A program made the translations under genes and the position numbers. The notes under the pieces were generated by a model. It was given only the letters and a program-made list of their open reading frames with translations, made no database searches and was not told where the DNA came from. This document shows, one piece after another, positions 18,097-35,801 of a stretch of 64,000 nucleotides of DNA. Numbering within the stretch: position 1 is the stretch's first letter; every line of letters starts with the position of its first letter. The stretch comes from the human T2T-CHM13v2.0 reference genome, Homo sapiens: the NCBI RefSeq assembly GCF_009914755.1, contig NC_060940.1; one strand, given 5' to 3'.

Positions 18097-19017
18097 ATGG
18101 CTTAAGATTGTCCTGAGGGAAAATGAGCAGGTACACCCTAAAAAGATGGTAGGTCCCCTGCCTACCCACTCTATCTCTTCTCACCAAAGAGTTTCTCCCT
18201 GGGGAACGGAGGCTCAGCCATGGCACACTCTTCCCAATCATGTTCCAGGACTGAGAGAGGAACTACAGGGGGCAAGAGACACAACATTAGGCACTCAATG
18301 CATTCAGGGTTGTAGTAGGGTCCCCATGGGGTGCTATACAGAATAGAGGGAGGCATAGTTGACTCTAACCCTAATCTCTACTGCCTTCCGGTCACCCCTA
18401 GTCTCATCCATTTCTTCATCTCCTCACATTTTCTATAGCATTCTCCAAGTCTAAGTCTAAGCCTCCCCAAGTCTCTTTCAGACCTTCCTGTTTCCCCTGT
18501 CCCTTCCAATTGCCTGTTTCTCCTGGTCTTCCTCCTCATCTCAGATTACTTCCCAACCCCTGTCTGTCTGCCCCCATCACACAGTTTGCCCCAGTCACTC
18601 CCCTGTGCTGCACATTCTAAACAGTCCCTCCAAGTCGCTTCCATCCCTCTACCTAATTCACAGAATAGAGAGCCCCTTTGGGAAAGATGTGTATGAGTTT
18701 CTCAGGCAGAAGAACTGGAAATAAAATTCCAGGCAAAACCGCCATGGGGATAACCAGGGAAACATCAAGTGCTCTGCAAACAGAAAAATTGTCAGCCACC
18801 TGAGTGAGGTGAGCATTTGTGTGGAGTGATGGGAGCAGAAGCTTGAGATGCTGACATCAGCCATATTGTGAAGGATTCAGTATTCTACACTAAAAGAAGC
18901 TGGACTTAACCCAATAGGAAATGGAAATTAATTGAAAAGGAAGTTCTGGAAGGCACTAGCCCCCTTCTTGACGGGATTTATAAGATACAATGGAAATCCA
19001 TACCAATGAATTTATAA

Positions 19018-19310
<293 letters not shown>

Positions 19311-20693
19311 CCATATCAATGAATTTCTGTCTTAAAAACCCTGAAGATATCAGGAGTCCAAGACCCTCATCTGCACATTACTTTTAGTGATGCTGGTTAT
19401 ATAAACAGAAATGCATAAGGTTGGTGCTATCTAATAATTCTGTTTTTCTAGTAAGTCCAGGGAACCATAGCTGTCAAGCAGTGTCTTGGATGCTGCTTGT
19501 ATAAATAAATCCTCTTTCTGCCTTCAGATCCTTTCTCCAGGCTCCTTCCTAAGGGTAATGGGGATCTCAGCCCCTGCTTCTACTCAGGGCCACCTTACTC
19601 TTCCCAGAAACAAACACTGTTCTCATATTCTGTCCATTCTGACCTCATGGACATTTAAACTCTTTTGCAATACATTTAAATTTAAATACATTTGCAATAT
19701 GTTTAAGAACTTGGCAAACAACTTTTCTTTCTCTAAATATCTCTCTGTCTCTGTCTCCTTTACTGCCCCGTCCCTTTTTCTTTTTTCCTCTCTCTTGCAA
19801 AAATGTGCACAAAAAATTTTCCTATGAATATAAAACCAAAAGCATCATTATTTTAATTCAATTTATAATGGACATAAATTTTAATTTACTGGTATAAATA
19901 ATCAACAGCTAAAACTGCACACAACAAACCTTGTTATTGACTACACATTGACAGAAGAGTCAAACTTTACTTATAAAAAATTTAGGTCTGTGAGTTTTGA
20001 CCCAGGAAAAAAAAATGGACTTGATAGAAATAATGACTATTACACAAAGTAGAAGACAAGATCAATACAATTTGATATGGACAATACCTAATCAATACAT
20101 CAGATTTTGTTTCAAATTTTAAATGGAAAAGAATTGATCCAAATGAAAATAATTTCAGTAGAGTTAATATTTTTGGAAATGGTCTAACTGTGCTATGTAG
20201 AAAATTGATCAAGGGATTAAATTGGCTTAATGGAATTCACTCTGGAAAACACTTTCTGGATGAAAAGTCTATCTGAGTTGATATAATTCTAATTAAAAGT
20301 CTTGAATTCAAAATGTTCTCAGGGTCAAAAGAGCAAGAGCAATTGTCCTCAAAGTCAAAACAGAGGGGTTAAAATGATGAGGTCAAAATGTCCTGTGGCA
20401 TAGCAACCATTTTAAGTGGACACCACGCTGGGCCACTTCAGTTTGCTGCAAAGCAGACCTTTTTATCTCCCGCTCCCAAAAAAAAAAAAACAAACGCAAC
20501 TCTATGGCTCTGTAGGAATAAAGTAGTCACACAGGGATATTTGAGTCTGTTAGGTACCTGGAAAACTAGTAAGAACAGAGAATAACAAGCGAGAACATAA
20601 AGAAGAACATTTATAAAATGAGAATAAGAGTAGAACCTACTCTTGGGATATTATGAGGATCAAATGAGATAATCCCTAAATACACTTAACTTT

Positions 20694-21320
20694 GCTGGGA
20701 GTGGTGGCTGGTGCCTATAATCACAGTATTTTGAGAGGCCAGGAAGAGAGGATCTCTTGAGCCGTGAGTTCAAGGCCTGCCTGGGCAACATAGCAAAACC
20801 CCATTTCTATAAAACATTTTAAAAAAATTAGCCGAGTGATATGGTTTGTCTGTGTGCCCACCCAAGTCTCACCTTGAATTGTAAAAATCCCCACATGTCA
20901 AGGGTAGGGCAAGGTGGAGATAATTGAATCATGGGGGCTGTTTCCCCCATACTGTTCTCATGGTCGTGAATAAGTCTCAGGAGATCTGATAGTTTTATAA
21001 ATGGGAGTTCCCCTGCACAAGTGTTCTTGTCTGCCACCATGTAAGATGTGACTTTGCTCCTCCTTCACGTTCCACCGTGATTGTGAGGCCTCGCCAGCCA
21101 TGTGGAACTGTGAGCCAATTAAACCTCTTTCCTTTATAAATTACCCAGTCTCAGGCATGTCTTTATTAGTAGCGTGAGAACAGACTCATACCCCGAGAAT
21201 GGTGGCATGTGCCTGTTGTTCGAGCTCCTCAGGAGGCTAAAGTGGGAGGATCGCTTGAGCCCAGGAGTTTGAGGCCACAGTGAGTTATGATTATGCCCCT
21301 GCACTCCACCTGGGAGACCA
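20694..21320 (+). mobile_element. AluJ interrupted by a THE1 LTR
   Basis: Left arm, linker, TTAGCCGAG [LTR] CCGAGAATGGTGGCATG right arm. Confidence 0.85.
20837..21192 (+). mobile_element. THE1 solo LTR inside AluJ
   Basis: TGATATGGTTTG...CAGACTCATACC; exact TSD CCGAG. Confidence 0.94.
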
Positions 21321-22197
21321 AAGATTTACATGTTAGTTATGAAACTCGGCTAAACTTAGAGAAACTTCTTATACTTGTGCTCCTCCTCCAAACTCAACTC
21401 CTGCCAACTCCTACTCCCCGTTTCCCAATGAATGCAGTGGTGCAAACACACTCATACATACCCCATCACAAGGAAATTCACAAAGTTCTGACCTTCTGCC
21501 ATTGCTCTGGCTGTTCCTCTTCCTGTAATGCCCTTTCTCTCACCCCCAGTTGGAAGATATTTATCTGTTCTTTGCAACCCACATTAATGTCATTTCCTCT
21601 ATACATTTTCTATTGGCTCTTCTGCTAGGATCCCAGAGCCCTTTCTCCATATCCTATTACCTCATATTATAGAAGTTTGTGGTTATATCCCCCAAAAAAA
21701 CAAGTGTTCCTTGAAGACCTTTTTCTCTTTGAGTCCTCAGCACCTGGCAGCTGGCAGACACTCAGTAAATGTTTGCTGAGGCCAGATTTACTAATGACAC
21801 CCAAATTAGGCTAACTCTTCCCATTTATTAGTGCAATCTGGTCTATTTTGCAAAGAGAATTAGATTGTATTGCCTTTGAATAGAAACACTTCTGGCTGGT
21901 AAGAGAAGTTCTAACGAAATGCCAATTTAAGTCTAGGAAAAAGATTCTGGAAGAGGTTCCACAGAGCTGTGCAGACTTTTGCCTGCAAAGATTTGTGACT
22001 GTTGGATTTATAAGAAGTGTTCCTCATCAACAGAGATTTCCTTTCTGACATAGTCAAAAGAGATTCAGGAACTATCCCCCTCACAGCTGCAGAAGCCTTA
22101 GGGAAGTAGGCCGCGTTGGCTTCTAGAATGGTGTGACGCCAGGAGATGCATTTCATCTCAATTTACCATTGTAGGATGATAACTTACTGAGACACTA

Positions 22198-23121
<924 letters not shown>

Positions 23122-24199
23122 AGAAACTCTTGGTAGTAAGGTTGCTAATCCATGCCCCAAGAGAGCCTGAAAAACTTGAGAGGACTTTTGGGGAAATGAC
23201 TGTGTAGTGAGCCCACACCCAGCATGCCCAGACTTTCAGCCCGTGAGAATGTTCATGCCCAGGCACAACATGGAAGCTGAGCTTGCTATTTTCAAGGTAC
23301 CAGGTGGGCTCATTATAGATAAGGGGTATGGACTAAGACCAGAAGGGACCTCCCCAAATATTTTATTCCACCAAAAACCCCACACCTCTTAGGTGGGCTG
23401 GACAAGTAGTGTGACCTTCAGTAAAAATAATATATGTAGGCTGCTGATTTGGAATTTGGATGGAATTAAAGAAAATAAAATAAAGGGAATGACATTTCTT
23501 GCACATTCTTTATGGTGGTTGTGAATTCATAGCTATATCATCAGAATGCTTTGATGGAGAACATGAGGACATGTGGAACCTGGCCACTTACATGGAAGGT
23601 ACCATCAACCCACGTCTTCCCTGACAAGACTACTCCTTGCAGGTCCTCAAGGGCTCTGCAAACATGTCTTTGTTTCCTGATGGCTCAGAAGCTGTTAGGT
23701 CAAGGTTGAGCTCACCTGGGTGTGTTGCAGCTGGATGCAGATCAAACTCCTCATGTTTCACAACCAGAATTTAGATGCATTGAACTCATTGGTTACTACC
23801 AATATTTAAAATTCCAAAGCTTCTGAGTATATTTGTGTTTTTCATGAATCAGAGTAGTATATTTAGTTAATACATATGTATCTAATTTTATTATGGACCA
23901 GGCAGGGTGCTAGGCATAGAAGATGCAATGGGGAAGGAGCAGTTTTTCCTGAATTTTCTATTGCCTTCTTATGTGGGACTGCAGGTCTGGGATTAACAGC
24001 CAGCCTTCTGAGAATGTGCATCATTGTGTGTTTGCAATAAGAGAGGAAAAGAAGAGAAGACTGTTGGTCCGGATGTTTTAAGAGCATCATATACCGAAGT
24101 AGTGACTTAGTGAGCTCCTGCAAGGTGAACCGTGTTAGAGAACGCCTGAACCTATCTCAGCACATGGTATCACCTTCCATCTAGTTCTGTGTCTCTCAA

Positions 24200-24882
24200 G
24201 TCTGTTGATTAGAAGAATCCCCTGGGGAGCTTTAAAAATATGCCAGTGTTCAGGACTCTTCCCCTAGACCAATGAACTCAGAATATAGAAATTGACCACA
24301 TTATGGAATGTATTAAACACGCTTCCAGGTGATTCCAAAGTACTGATGCCTGGTTCCCATCCCTCATGGATTCTGATTTAACTTGTCTATGCATGACCTG
24401 ATTTTAAAAGCTCTTCCAGTTATTCCAATCATCAGTTTGGTAACTATTGGACACAATGTGTGCTCCCTGCCCCACGAGTGTAACTTGGGAGCTTATTAGA
24501 AATGCAAATTCTCTGCCAGGCACGGTGGCTCACACCTGTAATCCCAGTACTTTGAGAGGCCGAGGCCGGTGGATCACTTGAGGTCAGAAGTCTGAGACCA
24601 GCCTGGCCAACATGGTGAAACCCCATCTCTACTAAAAATACAAAAATTAGCTGGGTGTGGTGGCATGCACCTGTAATCCCAGCTACTCAGGAGGCTGAGG
24701 CGGGAGAATCACTTGAATCTGGGAGACAGAGGTTGCAGTGAGCCAAGATGGCGCCACTGCACTCCAGGCAGGTCAACAGAGTGAGACTCCGTCTCAAAAA
24801 AAAAAAAAAAAAAAAAAAAAGCAAATTCTCAAGCCCCACTCAGACATATTGAATGGGAAATTCTGGGAGTAGGTCCCGCCCT
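24200..24882. mobile_element. MER5A/B-like hAT-Charlie fragments
   Basis: GAATCCCCTGGGGAGCTTT; GGGAGCTTATTAGAAATGCAAATTCTC...GCCCCACTCAGAC. Confidence 0.6.
24515..24820 (+). mobile_element. AluSx-like
   Basis: Full dimer; TSD GCAAATTCTC. Confidence 0.95.
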
Positions 24883-26043
<1,161 letters not shown>

Positions 26044-26363
26044 TAAGTTAGGAAAGAAACAAAAAATTATAATTTGTCACAGATATTTTATAAGATGAAA
26101 TAAAAATAAATGTTTAGAAAATGAAACAAAAAACAAATGTATATAAAGCATTCTTTTTTTTTATTGTCAGGCTTGGCAGACATAAAATTACTCTGTTGAA
26201 ATCACTAAAAAATTTATAAATGCTTACTCTCAATCTGTGCATTTTGCTGTGGATTATGGACTGGCACCAGTTCCTGGAGCAACTTTGAGTAGCGCTGCCC
26301 TGGTTGGGGAATGTTTATTAAGCAGGTATGTAAAATACTGTTATTAATCACAGTAGGCTAGAC

Positions 26364-28272
<1,909 letters not shown>

Positions 28273-28427
28273 ATCTAGACCATGCTGCTGTCCTCCAGGC
28301 CATGAGTTGCAGATGGCATAGCTAAAAACATGGAAGCGGCCTGGATCCCTGGGCTAGAGGAGGGCAACACAGAAGAGCCACCCAACTACGTTGGATTGTT
28401 ATGTAGATGAGAAATCAGCCTTCATAA

Positions 28428-28804
<377 letters not shown>

Positions 28805-29048
28805 TATCTCTGTGTTTTAAGGGGATCATTCTGGCAGTAGTTTAAAGGGCTGGACTGGGATGGGGATGTGGATTCAAGGTGAGACTGAAAACAGGGAAAT
28901 GAATTCGTAAGATTTTCCATTAGTCTAGTTCAGGGTCTGAACTGATGCTATGGTAGAGAGGTACAGCTAGGAAGGGAGAGGTTAGGATGTTTCCAAGACA
29001 GAATTACCTGCATTTGATTACCAGTCAGTGGGGCCGGGGCGGTAGGGA

Positions 29049-30547
29049 TAAGGGAGGAGACCACTCCTCATATTGTCTTATGACCAATTTCTGCCTCAAA
29101 GAAAAAGTAGGGGTTATATACCCAGTAATGGGATGGCTGGGTCAAATGGTATTTCTAGTTCTAGATCCCTGAGGAATTGCCACACTGACTTCCACAATGG
29201 TTGAACTAGTTTACAGTCCCACCAACAGTGTAAAAGTGTTCCTATTTCTCCACATCCTCTCCAGCACCTGTTGTTTCCTGACTTTTTAATGATCGCCATT
29301 CTAACTGGTGTGAGATGGTATCTCATTGTGGTTTTGATTTGCATTTCTCTGATGGCCAGTGATGATGAGCATTTTTTCATGTTTTTTGGCTGCATAAATG
29401 TCTTCTTTTGAGAAGTGTCTGTTCATATACTTCGCCCACGTTTTGATGGGGTTGTTTGTTTTTTTCTTGAAAATTTGTTTGAGTTCATTGTAGATTCTGG
29501 ATATGAGCCCTTTGTCAGATGATCAGGTTGCAAAAATTTTCTCCCCTTCTGTAGGTTGCCTGTTCACTCTGGGTACATACCCAAAGAATTATAAATCATG
29601 CTGCTATAAAGACACATGCACACGTATGTTTATTGCGGCACTATTCACAATAGCAAAGACTTGGAACCAACCCAAATGTCCAACAATGATAGACTGGATT
29701 AAGAAAATGTGGCACATATACACCACGGAATACTATGCAGCCATAAAAAATGATGAGTTCATGTCCTTTGTAGGGACATGGATGAAGCTGGAAACCATCA
29801 TTCTCAGCAAACTATCGCAAGGATAAAAAACCAAACACCGCACGTTCTCACTCATAGGTGGGAAATGAACAATGAGAACACATGGACACAGGAAGGGGAA
29901 CATCACACACCGGGGACTGTTGTGGGGTGGGGGGCGGCGGGGAGGGATAGCATTAGGAGATATACCTAATGCTAAATGACGAGTTAATGGGTGCAGCACA
30001 CCAACATGGCACATGTATACATATGTAACAAACCTGCACATTGTGCACATGCACCCTAAAACTTAAAGTATAATAATAATAATAAAAATATTATATGAAA
30101 TGGGAATAAAATATTATTTGCTAATTAATAAAAAAGAAAAAGTAGGGGTTAAAGAAAGACAGAAGTGAAATCAGTAGTCAGACAGCCCGGCACCACACCC
30201 TGGGCCTGGTAGTTAAAGATTGACCCCTGACCTAACCGGTTATGTTATCTATAGATTCCAGACATTGTATGGAAAAGCACTGTGAAAATCCCTGTCCTGT
30301 TCTGTTCCATTCTGATTACCAGTGCATGCAACCCCCCGTCACGTACCCACTGCTTGCTCAATCGATCACAACCCTCTCACGCAGACCCCCTTGGAGTTGT
30401 AAGCCCTTAAAGAGAGGACAGGAATTGCTCACTCGGGGAGCTCGGTTTTTGGAGACATGAGTCCACTGATGCTCCCAGCTGAATAAAGCCCTTTCCTTCC
30501 ACAACTCGGTGTCTGAGGGGTTCTTGTCTGCAGCTCGTCCTGCTACA
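29049..30547 (+). mobile_element. LTR2-family (HERV-E) solo LTR interrupted by L1
   Basis: TAAGGGAGGAGACCACTCCTCATATTGTCTTATG...AATAAA...GCTCGTCCTGCTACA. Confidence 0.88.
29116..30132 (+). mobile_element. L1PA3/PA4-like, 5'-truncated and 5'-inverted
   Basis: Antisense 29116-29571, sense 29569-~30088; TSD AAAGAAAAAGTAGGGGTTA (29098-29116, 30133-30151). Confidence 0.95.
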
Positions 30548-30835
30548 GGGGATTGACAGGGAGAAGCCTTCAGAAGTTGGATTTTGGTTTCTGGGGAAAT
30601 GGAGAAGTGATTTACAAGATCAGCAAGTCAGTGTGCCTTGCAGAAATTTTGTGTGTTTTGAAGGGAAAGGGCAGGATGAGTTCTACTTTAAACATCTAAG
30701 TTTTAGTTGTGGCCCATCTGAGGCCTATTCAGACAGAGAATAACAATTAGTACTTATGTGACTATTACTATGTATGATACATGATGTTAGGCACCAATGA
30801 TACTAACTCATTTATTAAGAATATATGAAGAAGAT

Positions 30836-30950
30836 ATTTTTTTTTCTGGCTCTGTCACCCAGGCTGGAGTGCAGAGGCGTGATCTCAACTCACTGCAACC
30901 TCTGCCTCCCAGGTTCAAGTAATTCCAGGTGTGAGCCACTGTGCCCGGCC
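30836..30950 (-). mobile_element. Alu with large internal deletion
   Basis: CAAGTAATTC joined to CAGGTGTGAGCCACTGTGCCCGGCC; both termini present. Confidence 0.85.
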
Positions 30951-31366
30951 CTTGAAAAAAGTATTCTTATTATCCCCACTTTATAGTCAGGGAAACAGAC
31001 ATTGTTACCCATCTGTTACCCACCGCAGTGCCTACATGACTTAGCTGAATTCATACTCAGCCTTAACTCTGCCTGTCTTTAGGAAACAGGCTGTCTGTGG
31101 TCAGAAGTTCTTCCTTAGGACTAAACTGGTCAAAGATGGCAAAATCCAAAATGGCAGCAACTGGACCTCTGAAGAACCTCTAACTTCATTATCATCCAAT
31201 TTCCATACCAAATGACACTCCCTCTGGCACCATACAGTTGACAGTCACCATGACAATGACTGGAAAAGACCACAGAAGGAAAATCTCCTCCCCTTTTTAG
31301 AAAAAGCATGGATATTCCTCCCCTTGCTTTTTATCCCCAACCCTTTCATTAATGATACCCCCTATT

Positions 31367-31999
<633 letters not shown>

Positions 32000-33319
32000 T
32001 GACGTCAATCAGGAAAGAGCTCACCTTTTGATATAACTGGGATCCCTAGTAACAACATGGGAGTGTAGTGACTTCTCCGAAGATCACCCAGCTAGTGAGT
32101 GACAGACTCAGGATTGAGACCCAGGCACTTGAGTTCCAGAGTCCACGCTTCTAGTCACTATGCTGTTTTATCTCTGGATGCTCAATAGCTGGTTAACAGT
32201 CTGACTCCAGGGTTCAAAGAGAGCTCTGGATTCTTCCAGGCATTACATTGTATATTTGTTAAATTCCACCAGAAAGCCCTTTATCTCCATAAGGAGAAGA
32301 CTTTTCCCTTTGTTTGGCCATATTAGGAGCTGCAGGGTTGAGCAAAGTGTTCTGATCTGATGGTCTGTCTGAAGGTTGGCAGCTCCTCTCAGAATCCTCC
32401 ACTTAGAGCAGAGGATCCCACCTTTCACAAGCCTGGCTCAGCCAGCCAACACAAACAGGGAAATGAATGTGAAAAATAGTGGGTAGCCGTGAGGGCCTTC
32501 CAAACAACAGCAAGAATTCACCTTCTCTGGCTTTGAGACTCTGGATGAACGAGTAAAGTGCATTGCACCACTCACCTTGTATTCTATTTAAATGGTGCAC
32601 TCTGGAGTTGCTTCGTGTTGGCATACCTCATTGTCACCCACTTAGCATCAGTTTCCTGTTTTCCTGTGGACTGCTGTTCGAGTCACTGCATCAGTATTTG
32701 GCATCACTTTTTGTGTTAACTTGATCATAATAAGATCCTCCATTCTGTTCTTACCTCATTAAACAGGATTTGGAATCTTACCCAGTGTTTTGCATTGCCA
32801 CTTTTATTTGGTGATGCTGGCATAGTGTAGGTGCCCGACTCAATATCTCAGAGGGGAAGAGGTGAAGAAGGAAAAAAAGATCTCAGATTGCAGGTGAGGC
32901 TTCTGCAGGAAGCTGGGAGGGAGTGGCCCTGATAGGCATTGCTTTGTTGGTTTATGGGACCTTAGATGGGAAATAAAAAGAATGCTCAAGCTCCCTCCAA
33001 CCCTATCCTGAGAAACCTCTGTTATAGCCAGGATGAAATCTGTAAGATATTAATATGTATTTCAAGATGTATGTCAGTGTCCTTGACTTATGGTTGAATT
33101 CAACCATAGATAGTGTAAATGGACAGATGTACAATTCCAGAACATCTCATTGAAATAAAAGCTTTATTTCTTTCAGGTTCAGATTCATATGTGTAGCATA
33201 CTTCCTATGTTCCAGGCTCTCTTATGACAGTTTTTAAAAGTATTTATTTGTACAGTATTCCAGATGTTAACAGCCTGGGTGTTCCTAGGATCTTTGTCAT
33301 ACTGGGGTCATCTTGGCCT

Positions 33320-34115
33320 TTAAAATTTATTTTTATTTTTAATTAATTTTTTAAATTGTTATGAATTTAGGGGTACAAGTGTAGTTATGTTACATGGATA
33401 TATTGTGTAGTGGTAAAGTCTGGGATTTTACTGTACCCATCAACTATATACTGTACATCGTACCCGATAGGTAGTACCATAGTACCCCGTTCCCATCCAC
33501 CTACCTTTTGGATTCCTCAATGTCTATTATTTCCATCTTTATGTTCCTGTGTGCCCATTGTTTAGCTCTGACTTATAAGTGAGAACATGCAGTATTTGAC
33601 TTTCTGTTTCTAAGTTACTTCACTTAGGATAATGATCTCCAGTTCCATCCATATTGCTGCAAAACACATAATTTCATTCTTTTTTATGGCTGAGTAATAT
33701 TACATGGTCAATAGATGATTGGCTTTAATACAGTCATCTGTTGATGAACACTTAGGTTGATTTCATGACTTTGCCATTGCTTATAGTGCTGCGATGAACA
33801 TATGAGTGCAGATACCTTTTTGATTAAATGATTCCTTTTCCTTTGGGTAGATACCCAGTAGTGGCATTGCTGGGTCAAAGGGTAGCTCTATTTTTAGTTT
33901 TTTGAGAAATCTCCATACTGTTTTTCATAAAGGTTGCACTAATTTACATTCCCACCAACAGTGTATATGTGTTTTCTTTTCTCTGCAGCCTCCTCAGCAT
34001 CTCTTGTTCTTTGACATTTTAATAACAGCCATTTTGACTGGTGTAAGATGGTATCTCACGGTCGTTTTAATTTGCATTTCTTTGATGATTAGTGATGTTG
34101 AGCATTTTTTTCATA
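33320..34115 (-). mobile_element. L1PB/L1MA-like 3' end
   Basis: CTTATAAGTGAGAACATGCAGTATTTGAC, GGGTAGATACCCAGTAGTGG, CATTCCCACCAACAGTG. Confidence 0.85.
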
Positions 34116-34771
34116 TAATTTAAATAAAATTTGTGTTAGCTTTGTAAACATCAGAGTCCCAGGAGGAAAGAATGGCATACTCTATAGAGGTTAACTGGGA
34201 AACTCACACCTGGGTTTCTTGGCATTCCAAAAGTCTGCACATATGTTCTCTGTATGTAAAGCCTTCAATGAATGTTGGAAATGCCTTTTAGTATCTAGAG
34301 GAAGCATCCCAAGTAGTATAGGCTCAAGGACTAAGGAGCCAGTAGGAGTTGGTGAAGCACATGGAAATAGCACCAGCAGGGAGCTGTGACCAGCCTCAGG
34401 CACGAAGAAGAAGGGAAGGGAGAGACTAGCAGTGTTATTGGAAACTGAAACAGCTGTAGACATGGAAGAGGGCCAGCCAGCTAGGAGTGGTGGCAGTAGG
34501 TGGATTCAGGGCTCTATTGGGGGCCAGGACTAAATACCCCACCCTCTGAGCTCTTGCTGCTGCCTCCCATTGACTGCTCCTATCCAGCAGGCAGAGGGCG
34601 AGGGATGTCTGGTGATTCAATCTGTGGAGCTAATTATCCTCCTGGACACAGAACAGAGCTGTGAAGAGTGTGGAGTGGAACTAGGACACACTTCTACCTC
34701 ATATGCAGTAGGAAATCCAATTTTTCAAGAGGTTCTTAGAGACCATAAAGCAGTAAAGGAGACCCAGAAGA

Positions 34772-34842
34772 AACTAGGTTATATGCCATCACAGACACCC
34801 CCTAAGATGTAGAGGGTGTCTGTGATGACATATAATCTAGTT
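34772..34842. repeat. Near-perfect inverted repeat (hairpin), 29-bp arms
   Basis: AACTAGGTTATATGCCATCACAGACACCC versus GGGTGTCTGTGATGACATATAATCTAGTT, 27/29 Watson-Crick pairs. Confidence 0.97.
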
Positions 34843-35074
34843 AACCTAGCTTAAACTAACGAATATTTATTGCTGCCATGTAAGCAATAGTGAGAGGTCA
34901 GCCCCACATGGTCACTCAGGGACCCAGGCTAATGGTGCCCTATGTTCTTATAGGTTCCAGAGGGAACATGAAGCCTTCTCAGTGCTGAAGACGGAAGGGA
35001 AGTGTGCATGCCCTTTCCACTGCTTTGTCCTGGAAGTGACAGACATCATCTCTATTCACATTTTATGGGTCATC

Positions 35075-35398
35075 TCTTCTTTTCTTTTCTTTTTCGAGAT
35101 GAAATCTCATTGTGTCACCCAGGCTGGAGTGCAGAGGCATAATTATAGCTCACTGTAGCCTTGGCCACCTGGGGTCAAGTGAGCCTCCTGCCTCAGCCTC
35201 CTGAGTAGCTGGAACTACAGGTGCACAGTGCCATGCCTGGCTATTAGGTTAATGCAAAAATAATCACGGTTTTTGTCATTGCTTTCAATCTACATTTACT
35301 TTTACTGCAATTGCTTTTGCACCAACCTATACTTTTTAATTTTTTTTGTAGAGACAGGGTCTCGCTATGTCACCCAGGCTGGTCTTAAACTCCTGGCT
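35075..35398 (-). mobile_element. AluJ (5'-truncated) with MADE1 insertion
   Basis: Right arm, then MADE1, then partial left arm. Confidence 0.85.
35244..35329. mobile_element. MADE1 mariner MITE
   Basis: TA-TTAGGTTAATGCAAAAATAATCACGGTTTTTG...TGCAATTGCTTTTGCACCAACCTA-TA. Confidence 0.9.
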
Positions 35399-35494
35399 AG
35401 CTCTTATTTTTTAGCTTTGTTTCCCTGCCCTACTTGAAATCCTTTCCCCTCTCCTGGAATTTCTCCCCTCTCCCCACTAGATTCCTGTTTATTT

Positions 35495-35801
35495 CTTTTT
35501 TTCCTTTTTTTTTTTTTTGAGATGGAGTCTCGCTCTGTCACCCAGGCTGGAGTGCAGTGGCACCATCTTGGCTCACTACAAGCTCCGCCTCCCACAGGTT
35601 CACGCCATTCTCCTGCCTCAGCCTCCCGAGTAGCTGGGACTACAGATGCCCGCCACCACGCCTGGCTAATTTTTTGTATTTTTAGTAGAGATGGGGTTTC
35701 ACCATGTTAGCCAGGATGGTCTTGATCTCCTGACCTTGTGATCTGCCTGCCTCAGCCTCCCAAAGTGCTGGGATTACAGGCGTGAGCCACTGCGCCCAGA
35801 C
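35495..35801 (-). mobile_element. AluY
   Basis: Y diagnostics; TSD CTGTTTATTTCTT. Confidence 0.92.

Noticed and set aside
29114-30050. Divergent L1-like ORFs on both strands
   Set aside because: Products of the L1 inversion; not coding.
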